This document shows positions 1 through 9,235 of a DNA stretch of 64,000 bases, piece by piece (position 1 is the first letter of the stretch; every line of letters starts with the position of its first letter). The notes below the pieces were generated by a model. It searched no databases, was not told where the DNA came from, and saw only the letters and a program-made list of their open reading frames with translations. This stretch comes from an uncultured Gammaproteobacteria bacterium. Lineage in GTDB: Bacteria > Cyanobacteriota > Vampirovibrionia > LMEP-6097. The stretch covers positions 16,281 to 80,280 of the forward strand of contig CAZKFA010000001.1 of assembly GCA_964551925.1 (NCBI GenBank). The letters run 5' to 3'. The translations under genes were made by a program, and so were the position numbers.

Positions 1-327
1 GAGTATGGCTTGAAAGAAGATAGTAGTTTGATTAACGATGCGCTTGCTATTGCCGTACAAAGAGCAAAGATTAAAGCGGAAGCCATGCTAAAAGTTCTAA
101 ACGCGGAATTAGGTGAAATACAGTCAATAAGTGAGACTTCAAGTTATCATCCACCAGTAGTTAGTCGTGGTTATATGATGAAAGCTATGACTGCAGATTT
201 CTCTGAAGCTGGAGCTTATAATTCTGGTGATATCAATGTTGAAGCGAATGTCGATGTGAAGTTTAGAATTGCTGAACCAAAAAAAATAGATTCTAAAGTT
301 GACGACGATGACTCTGAACAAGACTAA
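1..327 (+). CDS. SIMPL (DUF541)-like periplasmic protein, C-terminal fragment; ORF is open to the window edge, so the gene starts upstream
   Basis: Reading frame is open from base 1. The C-terminal pattern '...ISETSSYHPPVVSRGYMMKAMTADFSEAGAYNSGDINVEANVDVKFRI' resembles the conserved SIMPL-domain C-terminus, followed by an acidic tail. Confidence 0.4.
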   Translation, partial: EYGLKEDSSLINDALAIAVQRAKIKAEAMLKVLNAELGEIQSISETSSYHPPVVSRGYMMKAMTADFSEAGAYNSGDINVEANVDVKFRIAEPKKIDSKVDDDDSEQD

Positions 328-1630
328 ATATACTTATGTGATCATAGGTGCTGGTATTGCTGGTCTTGTTGCGGCTTATCATTTAAAGAAACTTGGTCAA
401 GAGTTTTTATTATTTGAGAAGTCTGATCGGATAGGCGGAGCAATAGATACGCGCCATTTTGAATCTACTATCTATGAATTTGGACCCAATTCTTTTCTTA
501 GTAACTCTAAGCCCATTATGGAGCTGATTGAAGAGCTTGGGCTTACAACTATTGCTAAGGATTTTGTAACAAGTAAGCGATATATTTATCGAGAGGGTTT
601 GATTGATCTACCAGTAAACCCAATAAAATTTCTTTTCTCGCCTGTTGTTAGTTTGCTGGCTAAATTGAGATTGATAATTTCTTTGTTCTCTTACAAGAAA
701 ATTTATCAAGGTAAAGATTTAGTTGTATATGATTTCATTGCTCGAAAATTTGGTAGAGAGATTGCTGAAATATTTCACACTGCACTTAAAGGTATTTGGG
801 CTGGTGATTCTAAAAAGCTGTCAGCAGAGTCTGTGTTAAAGAAATTAATTGCTTTAGAGAAGGATAATGATTCTTTATTCACTATTCTATTGACTAAGTC
901 AAAAACAAAGAAACAAAAAATGCAAACCTTATCTTTTGCTGAAGGGATGCAGGTTTTGGTGGATGCACTGGTCGATAATATTGGACGGCAGAATATTGTC
1001 CTTGAGGCTGATCTAAAGATCGTTGATTATAATCAAGATCTCATAACTCTCAAGTTGGCTAGTGGTGAGCATTTGAAAGCAGCGAATTTGATTATAAGCT
1101 CACCGGCTTTTGCAGCAGCGGCAATATTAGAATCAACAGCACCAGAAGTGTCTTCTCAACTAGCCCAGATAGATTATGCACCAGTATATTTATTTGCGTT
1201 AGTCGTTGATAAAAGTTTATTTAAGTCTGAAGAGATTTTTGATGCCTTCGGCTATTTGCCTGCTGGAGATGATTTATCTACCTTGGGTACTATTTTCTCG
1301 TCGCAACTTTTTGAACAGAGAAACTTGCCTGATAAATATTTATTCACTTGTTTTGCGAAGTTTAATGACGTAGATCAGATTATTAGAGAGCAAATAATGG
1401 TTTTTGCGCCTTATGCTAAGCGCAAATTAGAGCCTAGTGATTTCTTGGTTTTAGAGACTAAGCATATTACAAGAGCTATTCCCCAATACTATCTTAATCA
1501 TCAACTTAAGCTTGCTAAGATTGAGACTGAGCTACAGAGCTTCCAGAATATCAAGCTTTGCGGGAATTACTTATATGGTGTTAGTCTTGCTGATACTATA
1601 AATCTAAGTTCTTCAATAGACTTCTTCTGA
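299..1630 (+). CDS. hemY: Protoporphyrinogen/coproporphyrinogen oxidase (HemY/HemG-family FAD-dependent oxidase)
   Basis: N-terminal Rossmann FAD motif 'YVIIGAGIAGLVAAYHL...FEKSDRIGG', about 440 aa, typical HemY size and layout; hemN is present elsewhere in the window. The true start may be the internal Met at 308 ('MTLNK'). Confidence 0.6.
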   Translation: MTTMTLNKTKYTYVIIGAGIAGLVAAYHLKKLGQEFLLFEKSDRIGGAIDTRHFESTIYEFGPNSFLSNSKPIMELIEELGLTTIAKDFVTSKRYIYREGLIDLPVNPIKFLFSPVVSLLAKLRLIISLFSYKKIYQGKDLVVYDFIARKFGREIAEIFHTALKGIWAGDSKKLSAESVLKKLIALEKDNDSLFTILLTKSKTKKQKMQTLSFAEGMQVLVDALVDNIGRQNIVLEADLKIVDYNQDLITLKLASGEHLKAANLIISSPAFAAAAILESTAPEVSSQLAQIDYAPVYLFALVVDKSLFKSEEIFDAFGYLPAGDDLSTLGTIFSSQLFEQRNLPDKYLFTCFAKFNDVDQIIREQIMVFAPYAKRKLEPSDFLVLETKHITRAIPQYYLNHQLKLAKIETELQSFQNIKLCGNYLYGVSLADTINLSSSIDFF

Positions 1631-1650
1631 AACCTGAATCTTCTGGTAGG

Positions 1651-1686
1651 GCAACACGCGCATACCGCGCGGTTGCTACTTTTGTT
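1651..1686 (+). terminator. Putative intrinsic terminator after hemY (GC-rich hairpin gcaacacgcgc...gcgcggttgc followed by a T-run)
   Basis: About 10 bp GC-rich stem (1651-1676) followed by 'tacttttgtt', 20 nt after the hemY stop. Confidence 0.45.
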
Positions 1687-1722
1687 AGGCGACATCTACA
1701 TCGAAACCTGCGGTTTCGAAAG

Positions 1723-2397
1723 ATGTCTAATGATAGACTTAAGCTTATGAATATGAAGAAGATTGCAATAGTAACTGGCAATGCTCGAGGTCTAGGACAG
1801 GCAATTAGTGCTAACTTGCTGGCTCATGGGTTTGCGCAGCCAGAAATTATTCGCTCTAAAGATTATGATCTAACACAAAGTGAGTCTGCAGAACGACTGG
1901 TCGTAGATACCATTAGTAAATATGGTCGTTTAGATCTTTTGGTGAATAATGTTGGTAACTATATTGCTAAGAGTATTGATGACATTAGTATTGAAGATTG
2001 GCAAGAGATGATGAATTCAAATCTCAATTCTTCTTTTTACATGACTAAATATGCTTTGCCATATTTGCGTCAGTCGCATGGACGCATTATTAATATTGGC
2101 TTTGCGGCTCTGGATAAATTCAGCCCAGCACCAAGAGTGATAGCTTATCAAGTCGCGAAAACAGGCTTGCTGACTTTAACTAAAGGTTTAGCTAAAGCAG
2201 AAGCTGTTAATGGTGTCTTGATTAATATGATTTCACCAGGACATCTTGAGAACACTGTTGTAAATGACGCGATAGAAGATATTCCATTAGGGCGATTGGG
2301 GGCTCTCGCTGAAGTTAACCAAACATTGAATTATTTACTCACCAATGATTATGTTACTGGGCAGAATATAGAAGTTGCTGGTGGCTGGGGGCTGTAG
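1723..2397 (+). CDS. SDR-family short-chain dehydrogenase/reductase (FabG-like)
   Basis: 'IAIVTGNARGLGQAI' cofactor-binding motif and 'YQVAKTGL' YxxxK catalytic motif; about 224 aa. Confidence 0.75.
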   Translation: MSNDRLKLMNMKKIAIVTGNARGLGQAISANLLAHGFAQPEIIRSKDYDLTQSESAERLVVDTISKYGRLDLLVNNVGNYIAKSIDDISIEDWQEMMNSNLNSSFYMTKYALPYLRQSHGRIINIGFAALDKFSPAPRVIAYQVAKTGLLTLTKGLAKAEAVNGVLINMISPGHLENTVVNDAIEDIPLGRLGALAEVNQTLNYLLTNDYVTGQNIEVAGGWGL

Positions 2398-2432
2398 ATT
2401 TCACTAAGCCAAGTCCTGTCTTTGCTGGCTTC

Positions 2433-4037
2433 TCAACTACGTGATTCTTGTCTACCATGCAAATTGACAAAATTCGCTTTGTCAATTCCAGAGACAGCCT
2501 CAATCTTAGCCAGTGATTGATCGTCAACATTACCATCAACACCAATCACCATAACTGCTTTGGCGGAGTCTTTGGTTCTACCAAGGTTCATGCCACTAAT
2601 ATTAATTTGTCCATCCCAAAGTATCTTAGAGACTTGGGCTACCATGCCAGGTTGATCTTTGTGAAAAGTAACAATAGAATGTTTCTCTGGTCTGAAACTA
2701 AACGAGTAATCATCAATTTGAATGATTGATGGTAGATTGCCTTGTAGAACGGTTCCTGCGATAGTATGCTCTGCTTCACTGGTTGTGATTTTGATTCTTA
2801 GTTTATCAATGAAAGCACCAGAGTCATCTGATTTAAGTTCATGTACTTTAATCATGCGCTCTTTAGCAATTAGAGGAGCATTGACGAAGCTCACGCCATC
2901 AAGGTTCACTGATAGTATCCCTTTAAGAATTGCAAGCTTGAGTCCTTCGATATTTTTGTCAGCAAGTTTGCCAAGAGCTTCAATGTCGATAGACTTGATA
3001 GCACCAGGAGTGATTTGCGTAAGAAAAGATCCCATAATCTCAGCAAGACCAAGATAGTGTTTGATATGCTGCACTAGTTCAGGTTTGAGTCCCGGTAGGT
3101 TAACTGCAGCTCTTGCTACTCCACCACAGAGTACGTCTCTAATCTGCTCAGCAACATCAATTGCAACGTTGAGCTGGGCTTGAGTGGTACTGGCTCCAAG
3201 GTGTGGAGTTAGTATAACCTTGTCGCCGCATTTATGTAATGGAGAATCAGTGCAGGGTTCTGTCTCAAACACATCAAAAGCAGCTCCTGCTACTTTACCT
3301 GATTGAAGGGCATCAGCTAAATCTTGTTCGTTGACTAGTCCGCCACGAGCGCAATTAACTATTCTCACCCCATCTTTCATCTTGGCGATAGAGTTTTTGT
3401 TAATCATGTTGAGAGTTTCTTTAGTCTTCGGTACGTGTAGGGTAATGAAATCAGAATTCGCAAACAAATATTCTAATTCAACTTTCTTGAAGCCCAGATC
3501 TTCAGCGCGCTCTGCTGAGATAAATGGATCATAGGCTAGAACCTTCATGCCCAGTGCATTTGCTACTTTGCCGACTCTTTGTCCGATTTTGCCAAGACCA
3601 ACTATTCCTAAAGTTTGTCCACACAATTCCGTTCCAAGAAATTTACTTCTCTCCCATTTATTTGCTTTGCAAGAGATATCCGCGATAGTGATATGACGAC
3701 ATAGCGCCATCATGAGAGTAGTTGTGTGTTCAGCTGCGGCAATGGTATTGCCTTCTGGAGAATTAACAACGATGACACCCTTCTCAGTTGCGGCATCTAG
3801 ATCGATATTATCGACACCAACACCAGCTCTACCAATAATTTTAAGTTTGTGAGCATGTTCTAGAATTTCTTTAGTAACCTGAGTTTGTGATCTAACTAGT
3901 AGGGCATCATAATCTTTAATGATAGTTTTTAGCTCTGCAGCACTAATGCCTGCTTTATAATCAACTTCTGAACTTCCCTTGAGAATCTCAAGACCTTCAG
4001 CGTCGATTTTATCAGTTACTAGTACTTTAGTTTTCAT
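2433..4037 (-). CDS. serA: D-3-phosphoglycerate dehydrogenase with C-terminal ACT domain
   Basis: 534 aa; D-isomer 2-hydroxyacid dehydrogenase NAD-binding 'GIVGLGKIGQRVGKVA', catalytic His region, C-terminal ACT-like domain. Confidence 0.85.
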   Translation of the reverse strand: MKTKVLVTDKIDAEGLEILKGSSEVDYKAGISAAELKTIIKDYDALLVRSQTQVTKEILEHAHKLKIIGRAGVGVDNIDLDAATEKGVIVVNSPEGNTIAAAEHTTTLMMALCRHITIADISCKANKWERSKFLGTELCGQTLGIVGLGKIGQRVGKVANALGMKVLAYDPFISAERAEDLGFKKVELEYLFANSDFITLHVPKTKETLNMINKNSIAKMKDGVRIVNCARGGLVNEQDLADALQSGKVAGAAFDVFETEPCTDSPLHKCGDKVILTPHLGASTTQAQLNVAIDVAEQIRDVLCGGVARAAVNLPGLKPELVQHIKHYLGLAEIMGSFLTQITPGAIKSIDIEALGKLADKNIEGLKLAILKGILSVNLDGVSFVNAPLIAKERMIKVHELKSDDSGAFIDKLRIKITTSEAEHTIAGTVLQGNLPSIIQIDDYSFSFRPEKHSIVTFHKDQPGMVAQVSKILWDGQINISGMNLGRTKDSAKAVMVIGVDGNVDDQSLAKIEAVSGIDKANFVNLHGRQESRS

Positions 4038-4164
4038 GGCAACAATGATACCAATAAGATAACTCTATAGTGCCACTATAGGGTTATTGTTAAGGTTAAT
4101 TTTACTAGCTGTTCTCTTGATATAAGCTTCAAGGTAATAATTAAACATTGTAAAATTAATTATT

Positions 4165-6030
4165 CTAGTCATCCAAGTGAAATCTATAAGTTATCACGAT
4201 GGTGTTTTTTCTGAATCTCAATAAAGCCTTTAGTAATATTGCCGTTTGATTATGCAAGAAGTTATGCCAAAGTTGTTTGGTAACAAATTCTGGGACTATC
4301 ACTGTAATCCAATGAGATTCTGGTACTGCATTCAGCTCATCAATATACTTCAACAGTGGTCTTGTGATTGATCTGTAGGGTGAGGGCAGGATTTTTAGTG
4401 GCACCATATTCTCATACTCAGCCCAATCTGCTTTTAGCTTTGCTGTTACTTGAGAATTAAGTTCTACATGAACTGCCTCAATATCAGCTGCTGACATTGT
4501 TTTTGCATAGGTTAGTGATGATAGGGTTACCTTGCCAAGATTGGAAACTAAAACCAGAATTTTATGCTTGCTTGGTATCGTGGCATGGAAATCATCAGTA
4601 AGAGTTAATTGTTTAAAGATTGATTGATAGTGTGCTTTAATTTGCAAAAAGATAAAAACAAATAAAGGTATCAGGAATAAAACTATCCAAGCACCAGAAT
4701 GAAATTTTTGTACGGCAATAATTAGAGTAACTAATAAAGTAGTCAGCCCACCAAAGCCATTAATCAATATGCCACGAAACCAGCCGCTAGAGCGGTTCTT
4801 CATGTGATGAGATACCATGCCTATCTGTGAGATTGTAAAGCAGATAAAAACTCCAACGGCGTAAAGTGGGATTAATAAATGAGTGTCACCTTTGTATAAC
4901 CAAAGTAAAAAAATAGAGCCGATACCAAGAAATACTATTCCATTGTTAAAAACCAATCTATCACCGATGTTCATCAATTGTCGTGGTAAGTAACCGTCAA
5001 CAGCCAGTAGATTTGCCATGCGCGGGAAACCAGCAAAAGCTGTATTCGCTGCTAATATCAAAAGTAACATTGTCACGAATTGCACTAAGTAGTAAAGAAA
5101 GCTTCCTTCTCCAAAGACTCTGGTTGCAACCTGTGACAAGACTGTTTCCTGAATATTAGGACTAAGATTATACATACTTGCAAGTAAAGTTATACCCAGG
5201 AAAATAGTAGCTAATAATAATCCCATAATCATCATTACAGTAGTTGCTTTTTTGACAGCAGGTTCTTTGAAAGCATTGACTCCATTAGCTACTGCCTCGA
5301 TTCCCGTTAAGCCAGCACATCCATGGGCAAAGGCTTTGAGCATGATGGCGATGAACCCCAAATTTGCTAATGAGAATTGTGGGTCAGTAAAAAAAGCTTC
5401 ATTTTTTGCATGTACCAATGCTGCGACACTTTCAGTTTTAAAAAATTCTCCAAATCCAAAGAAGAACATCAGAAACATTACAAATATAAACAAGTAAGCT
5501 GGAAAAGCAAAAACTCTACCAGATTCACGTAAGCCACGTAGATTTACAATGGTAATAATGAGAGTAAAGACTACGCAAAAAATTACGGTGCAATTATGAC
5601 TAATTAATCCAGTAGAAGTCAAAGCTGCGACTCCTGCGCTGATACTCACTACTACTGTTAATAAGTAATCTATCAACAAAGCTGCTCCAGCAATTAGACT
5701 CATAGGAAGTCCTAAGTGCTCTTTGGCTACTATATACGCACCACCTTCATCTTGGTAGACTTTGATTATTTGAGTGTAAGAGATTACTACTATTCCGATT
5801 AGTATTGCGATAGCTATTGCAACTGGAAAAGACAATAATCCCGTGTAGCTAGCATAAGAGCTAGCTGCTAGTGCAATAAAGATCTCGTCAGTAGCGTAGG
5901 CAGTTGAAGATAGTGCATCGACTGCAAATACAGCAAGCCCAAGACTGACTCCTAGTTTCTCTTGACTGGCAAGCTTACTGTCTATTGGTTTACCTATAAG
6001 AATGTTTCTGATGAGTTGTAGAACTGGCAT
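4165..6030 (-). CDS. APC-superfamily amino acid/polyamine permease with a soluble C-terminal domain
   Basis: 621 aa, about 12 predicted TM helices, N-terminus 'GKPIDSKLASQEKLGVSLGLAVFAVDALSSTAYATDEI' typical of APC transporters, hydrophilic C-terminal about 180 aa. Confidence 0.6.
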   Translation of the reverse strand: MPVLQLIRNILIGKPIDSKLASQEKLGVSLGLAVFAVDALSSTAYATDEIFIALAASSYASYTGLLSFPVAIAIAILIGIVVISYTQIIKVYQDEGGAYIVAKEHLGLPMSLIAGAALLIDYLLTVVVSISAGVAALTSTGLISHNCTVIFCVVFTLIITIVNLRGLRESGRVFAFPAYLFIFVMFLMFFFGFGEFFKTESVAALVHAKNEAFFTDPQFSLANLGFIAIMLKAFAHGCAGLTGIEAVANGVNAFKEPAVKKATTVMMIMGLLLATIFLGITLLASMYNLSPNIQETVLSQVATRVFGEGSFLYYLVQFVTMLLLILAANTAFAGFPRMANLLAVDGYLPRQLMNIGDRLVFNNGIVFLGIGSIFLLWLYKGDTHLLIPLYAVGVFICFTISQIGMVSHHMKNRSSGWFRGILINGFGGLTTLLVTLIIAVQKFHSGAWIVLFLIPLFVFIFLQIKAHYQSIFKQLTLTDDFHATIPSKHKILVLVSNLGKVTLSSLTYAKTMSAADIEAVHVELNSQVTAKLKADWAEYENMVPLKILPSPYRSITRPLLKYIDELNAVPESHWITVIVPEFVTKQLWHNFLHNQTAILLKALLRFRKNTIVITYRFHLDD

Positions 6031-6071
6031 AACAAGTTTATATTAACACTTTGCTATAATTATTGGGTTGA

Positions 6072-7358
6072 ATGACTCTTCAAGGCAAAACTATTATTCT
6101 TGGTATTAGTGGCGGCATTGCTGCTTATAAAACTGTTGACTTGGTTTCTAACTTGAAGAAACTTGGAGCCAATGTGCACGTGGTGGCTACTCAGAATGCG
6201 CTGAAATTTGTCAGCCCCTTGAGTCTTGAAACTATGAGTGGCAATAAAGTTGTTTTTACTGAAAATCGCAGTCAATATTCTAGTGAGATAGAACATATCA
6301 AACTGGCTGATCAGGCGGATTTAGTCTTGATAGCACCTGCGACTGCTAATTGTATAGCAAAGCTGGCTGCTGGTATTTCTGACGAGATACTATATGACAT
6401 AGTGCTTGCAAGCCGTTCACCAATTGTGATTGCACCAGCCATGAATACTAATATGTGGCAGCATGCGACGGTTAAAAATAATCTTGATATCCTAATAAAT
6501 AAACTAAATTATCAAATCATTGATCCAGAGTTTGGTGATCTTGCTTGTGGTTATGTTGGTGAAGGACGTTTGGCGGATATTAATCGGATTGTTGATAAGC
6601 TTAGTTGTATTCTGACTTCTGGATTGCCACGACCTGCGTTTGCAGGTCGTGCAATGACGGATAATCTTCTCATTGGGAGCGAGGTGAAGCATACGAAGAT
6701 TACTATTACGATGGGCCCCACTCGCGAGTATTTAGATCCCGTTAGATATATCACTAATCGCAGTTCTGGTAAGATGGGGCTGGCACTCGCAAAAGCTGCT
6801 CTGAGACTTGGTTATAGTGTTGATCTTATTAGTAGTATTGAGCCGCCACTGGAAATTGTTAAGCAAGTAAAATATATTCCCTTTCAAACTCATGAAGAGT
6901 TAAAGCAAGCTATTGATGAATCTTTTAAGAATGCTGATGCTTTGATTATGGCTGCGGCTGTAGTTGATTATCGTCCGCAACAGCTTGTGAAGCATAAGCT
7001 CAAAAAACAAAAAGACATGAAGATTGATCTAGAAATAACTGAAGATATATTGGCACAAATTAAGAAGCGAGATGGGCAGGTACTGATTGGTTTTAGTGTG
7101 GAGACTGATAATCATAAAGCTAATGCTCTTAGAAAACTAGAAACTAAGAATCTTGATCTTATAGTAGTTAATTCTACTGATGCTTTTGATGTGGATTCAG
7201 CCAAAGTAGATATAATTGCAGCAGGACCTTATCATTCAGTCTTAGAGCCGATTGAGCATATAACCCTCAGCTCTAAGGATAATATTGCAGTTAGGGTTTT
7301 AGAATCATTTAATAAAATAAAAGCCTTGCAGCGCAAGGGTCTTGAGATAAGAATCTGA
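6072..7358 (+). CDS. coaBC: Bifunctional phosphopantothenoylcysteine decarboxylase / phosphopantothenate-cysteine ligase
   Basis: N-terminal flavoprotein 'GISGGIAAYKTVDLVSNLKK' plus C-terminal CoaB ligase domain; 428 aa. Confidence 0.85.
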   Translation: MTLQGKTIILGISGGIAAYKTVDLVSNLKKLGANVHVVATQNALKFVSPLSLETMSGNKVVFTENRSQYSSEIEHIKLADQADLVLIAPATANCIAKLAAGISDEILYDIVLASRSPIVIAPAMNTNMWQHATVKNNLDILINKLNYQIIDPEFGDLACGYVGEGRLADINRIVDKLSCILTSGLPRPAFAGRAMTDNLLIGSEVKHTKITITMGPTREYLDPVRYITNRSSGKMGLALAKAALRLGYSVDLISSIEPPLEIVKQVKYIPFQTHEELKQAIDESFKNADALIMAAAVVDYRPQQLVKHKLKKQKDMKIDLEITEDILAQIKKRDGQVLIGFSVETDNHKANALRKLETKNLDLIVVNSTDAFDVDSAKVDIIAAGPYHSVLEPIEHITLSSKDNIAVRVLESFNKIKALQRKGLEIRI

Positions 7359-7392
7359 GTGGAATCTGGATTTTAGGCTAGAATTTTAGTAC

Positions 7393-8055
7393 ATGGTTAC
7401 AGCAGTCTCAAAGTCAGCTTCTCCAGTACAATTTAAGCCCCAAGCGGGCCACACCCCTTTTACTCCATTAGTTGAAGCAGCTACCGTAGATTCTCGTGAA
7501 GCTCTTGCTGTTGTTAGCAGACCAGAGTTTGAACAAGCTTTGCTTGCTACTGGCGTTAGTGAGCGTGATCTTAAGAGGTTATCAGCTCTTGCCAATCGTT
7601 TTGAAGAACAGAATTTAAGAGCCAATCGTGATTATAATGTCGATGCTCTTGCTAAGGTCGCTCATGGCTTATTGACTGAGTTTCATAGCATTAAATTTGA
7701 GAGTGATGACAATCTTTCGCTTTATACCACTCTACTTAAATTAGTTTCAAGAAATTTGGTTAATGATCTTCAACCAAATGATTTCACTGAGATAGCAGCT
7801 AAGCTTTTTGCTTTTGACCGCAGCCCAGATGCCAGTGTTGATCCAAGAATTGCTGAGATAGCTCACAAGAATCTTGGAGCTTCGTTGACTCTTGGTAGAG
7901 AAGAACTTTTTGCTAATACAGCTAAGGCTTACTTAGCAATTTGGGATTTGATTAAGGATAAACCAGCTGCAGAACAGCAACCAGCAATGCGCCTTGCTGA
8001 AAAAACATTGTTGCAAGCTGTTACTTCACAGATTCCAGCACATTTAGTTGCTTAA
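7393..8055 (+). CDS. Hypothetical protein
   Basis: 220 aa ORF with no recognisable motif; same strand and tightly spaced between coaBC and the aminotransferase gene. Confidence 0.4.
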   Translation: MVTAVSKSASPVQFKPQAGHTPFTPLVEAATVDSREALAVVSRPEFEQALLATGVSERDLKRLSALANRFEEQNLRANRDYNVDALAKVAHGLLTEFHSIKFESDDNLSLYTTLLKLVSRNLVNDLQPNDFTEIAAKLFAFDRSPDASVDPRIAEIAHKNLGASLTLGREELFANTAKAYLAIWDLIKDKPAAEQQPAMRLAEKTLLQAVTSQIPAHLVA

Positions 8056-8074
8056 AGCTTATATAATTTAAGCA

Positions 8075-9223
8075 GTGGAAGATTCTTGTAATATAACCAA
8101 TCGTCTTAATTCGTGGCTGCAGGGTACTGAAGAATACCAAGCTGGTAAGACTTTTGAATATGTAATGCAACGCTATGGTTTTAAGCGCGAAGAGATTTTG
8201 CGTTTGGCTGGTAATGAGAGCACTATTGGTACTAGCCCACTTGCAATTAAAGCAGCTGAAGAAACGATTAAGAGTTCAAATTTCTATGATGAACCACGCT
8301 CAGAATCATTGACAGGTAATCTTGAAGAACATTTTAAGGCTAGGGGCTTTGATATGCAGCGACTCGGTGTTGTCGTTGGTAATGGAATGGATAGCATTAT
8401 TGATCATGTCCTAAAACTCTTTACTAGTGAGCAGTCTGCGATTATGAATTTTAGTCCAAGCTTTATTTATTATGAGTTTGCTGCTAAGCGCAAAGGAGTT
8501 AGTATTCTTGATGTGCCGCGTCTTTTAATAAAGAACACTAGTGAACTTAGTTACCAGATTGATTTCAAGCGGGCTTTGGAGATGATTAAGCCTCAAGTCA
8601 AAGTTGTTTTTTTATGTAGTCCGAATAATCCAGATGGTTCTGGCGTTTCTGTTGCTGACATAGAAGGTTTTGCAGCAGAGTTGTCAAAGAAAGGAGTTAT
8701 ACTCTTTGTTGATCATGCCTATATTGAATTTGCTGATAATGAATATGACGCCTCTAAGCTTGTTGAGAAGTATTCTAATGTAATTATTGGCTATACCTTC
8801 TCCAAAGCCTATGCTTTAGCGGGTTTTAGAGTTGGATATGCTTTAATGGCGCGGGAGTTGAAAGCTAAGTATTTAACTTTGATTACTCCTTTTCTTTGCA
8901 GTCGTCCAAGTCTTGCTGCTGCCAAAGCTGCTCTTGCTGATAGCAATCACTTGCAACAAATAATTGCAAATAATGCTAGCGGTAAGATTTTTTTGAAGGC
9001 TGAGTTAGAGAAGCTTGGTGCTCAAGTTTATGATTCGCAAGCCAATTTTCTTTTGTTTGAGCATAAGAGTAATCCTGCTGCGATATTGCTTGAGAAGCTG
9101 ATGGCTAAGGGTATTATTATTCGAGCAATTTCTGCTGTTTCTAATTATGCACTTAGAGTTACCATCGGTAAACCAGAAGAAAATCAAAGATTTATTGAGG
9201 CTCTTAAACTTGTAGTAAACTAG
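8075..9223 (+). CDS. hisC: Class-II PLP aminotransferase, HisC/CobD family (histidinol-phosphate aminotransferase-like)
   Basis: 'LAGNESTIGTSP' (cf. LASNENPLGPSP), 'FLCSPNNPDGS', 'YTFSKAYALAGFRVGY' PLP-lysine region; 382 aa. Confidence 0.6.
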   Translation: MEDSCNITNRLNSWLQGTEEYQAGKTFEYVMQRYGFKREEILRLAGNESTIGTSPLAIKAAEETIKSSNFYDEPRSESLTGNLEEHFKARGFDMQRLGVVVGNGMDSIIDHVLKLFTSEQSAIMNFSPSFIYYEFAAKRKGVSILDVPRLLIKNTSELSYQIDFKRALEMIKPQVKVVFLCSPNNPDGSGVSVADIEGFAAELSKKGVILFVDHAYIEFADNEYDASKLVEKYSNVIIGYTFSKAYALAGFRVGYALMARELKAKYLTLITPFLCSRPSLAAAKAALADSNHLQQIIANNASGKIFLKAELEKLGAQVYDSQANFLLFEHKSNPAAILLEKLMAKGIIIRAISAVSNYALRVTIGKPEENQRFIEALKLVVN

Positions 9224-9235
9224 GATCAGCTCCCC

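Noticed and set aside
1596-1781. 61-aa minus-strand ORF across the hemY-SDR intergenic region
   Set aside because: It runs through two hairpins and is antisense to the start of the SDR gene; unlikely to be coding.
4065-4081. 17-bp palindrome CTATAGTG-C-CACTATAG between serA and the permease gene
   Set aside because: Same 8+1+8 architecture as the iterated palindrome but different arms, and only a single copy seen; probably an incidental dyad or an unrelated operator.
5252-5497. 81-aa plus-strand ORF inside the APC permease gene
   Set aside because: Antisense overlap with a well-supported membrane-transporter ORF.
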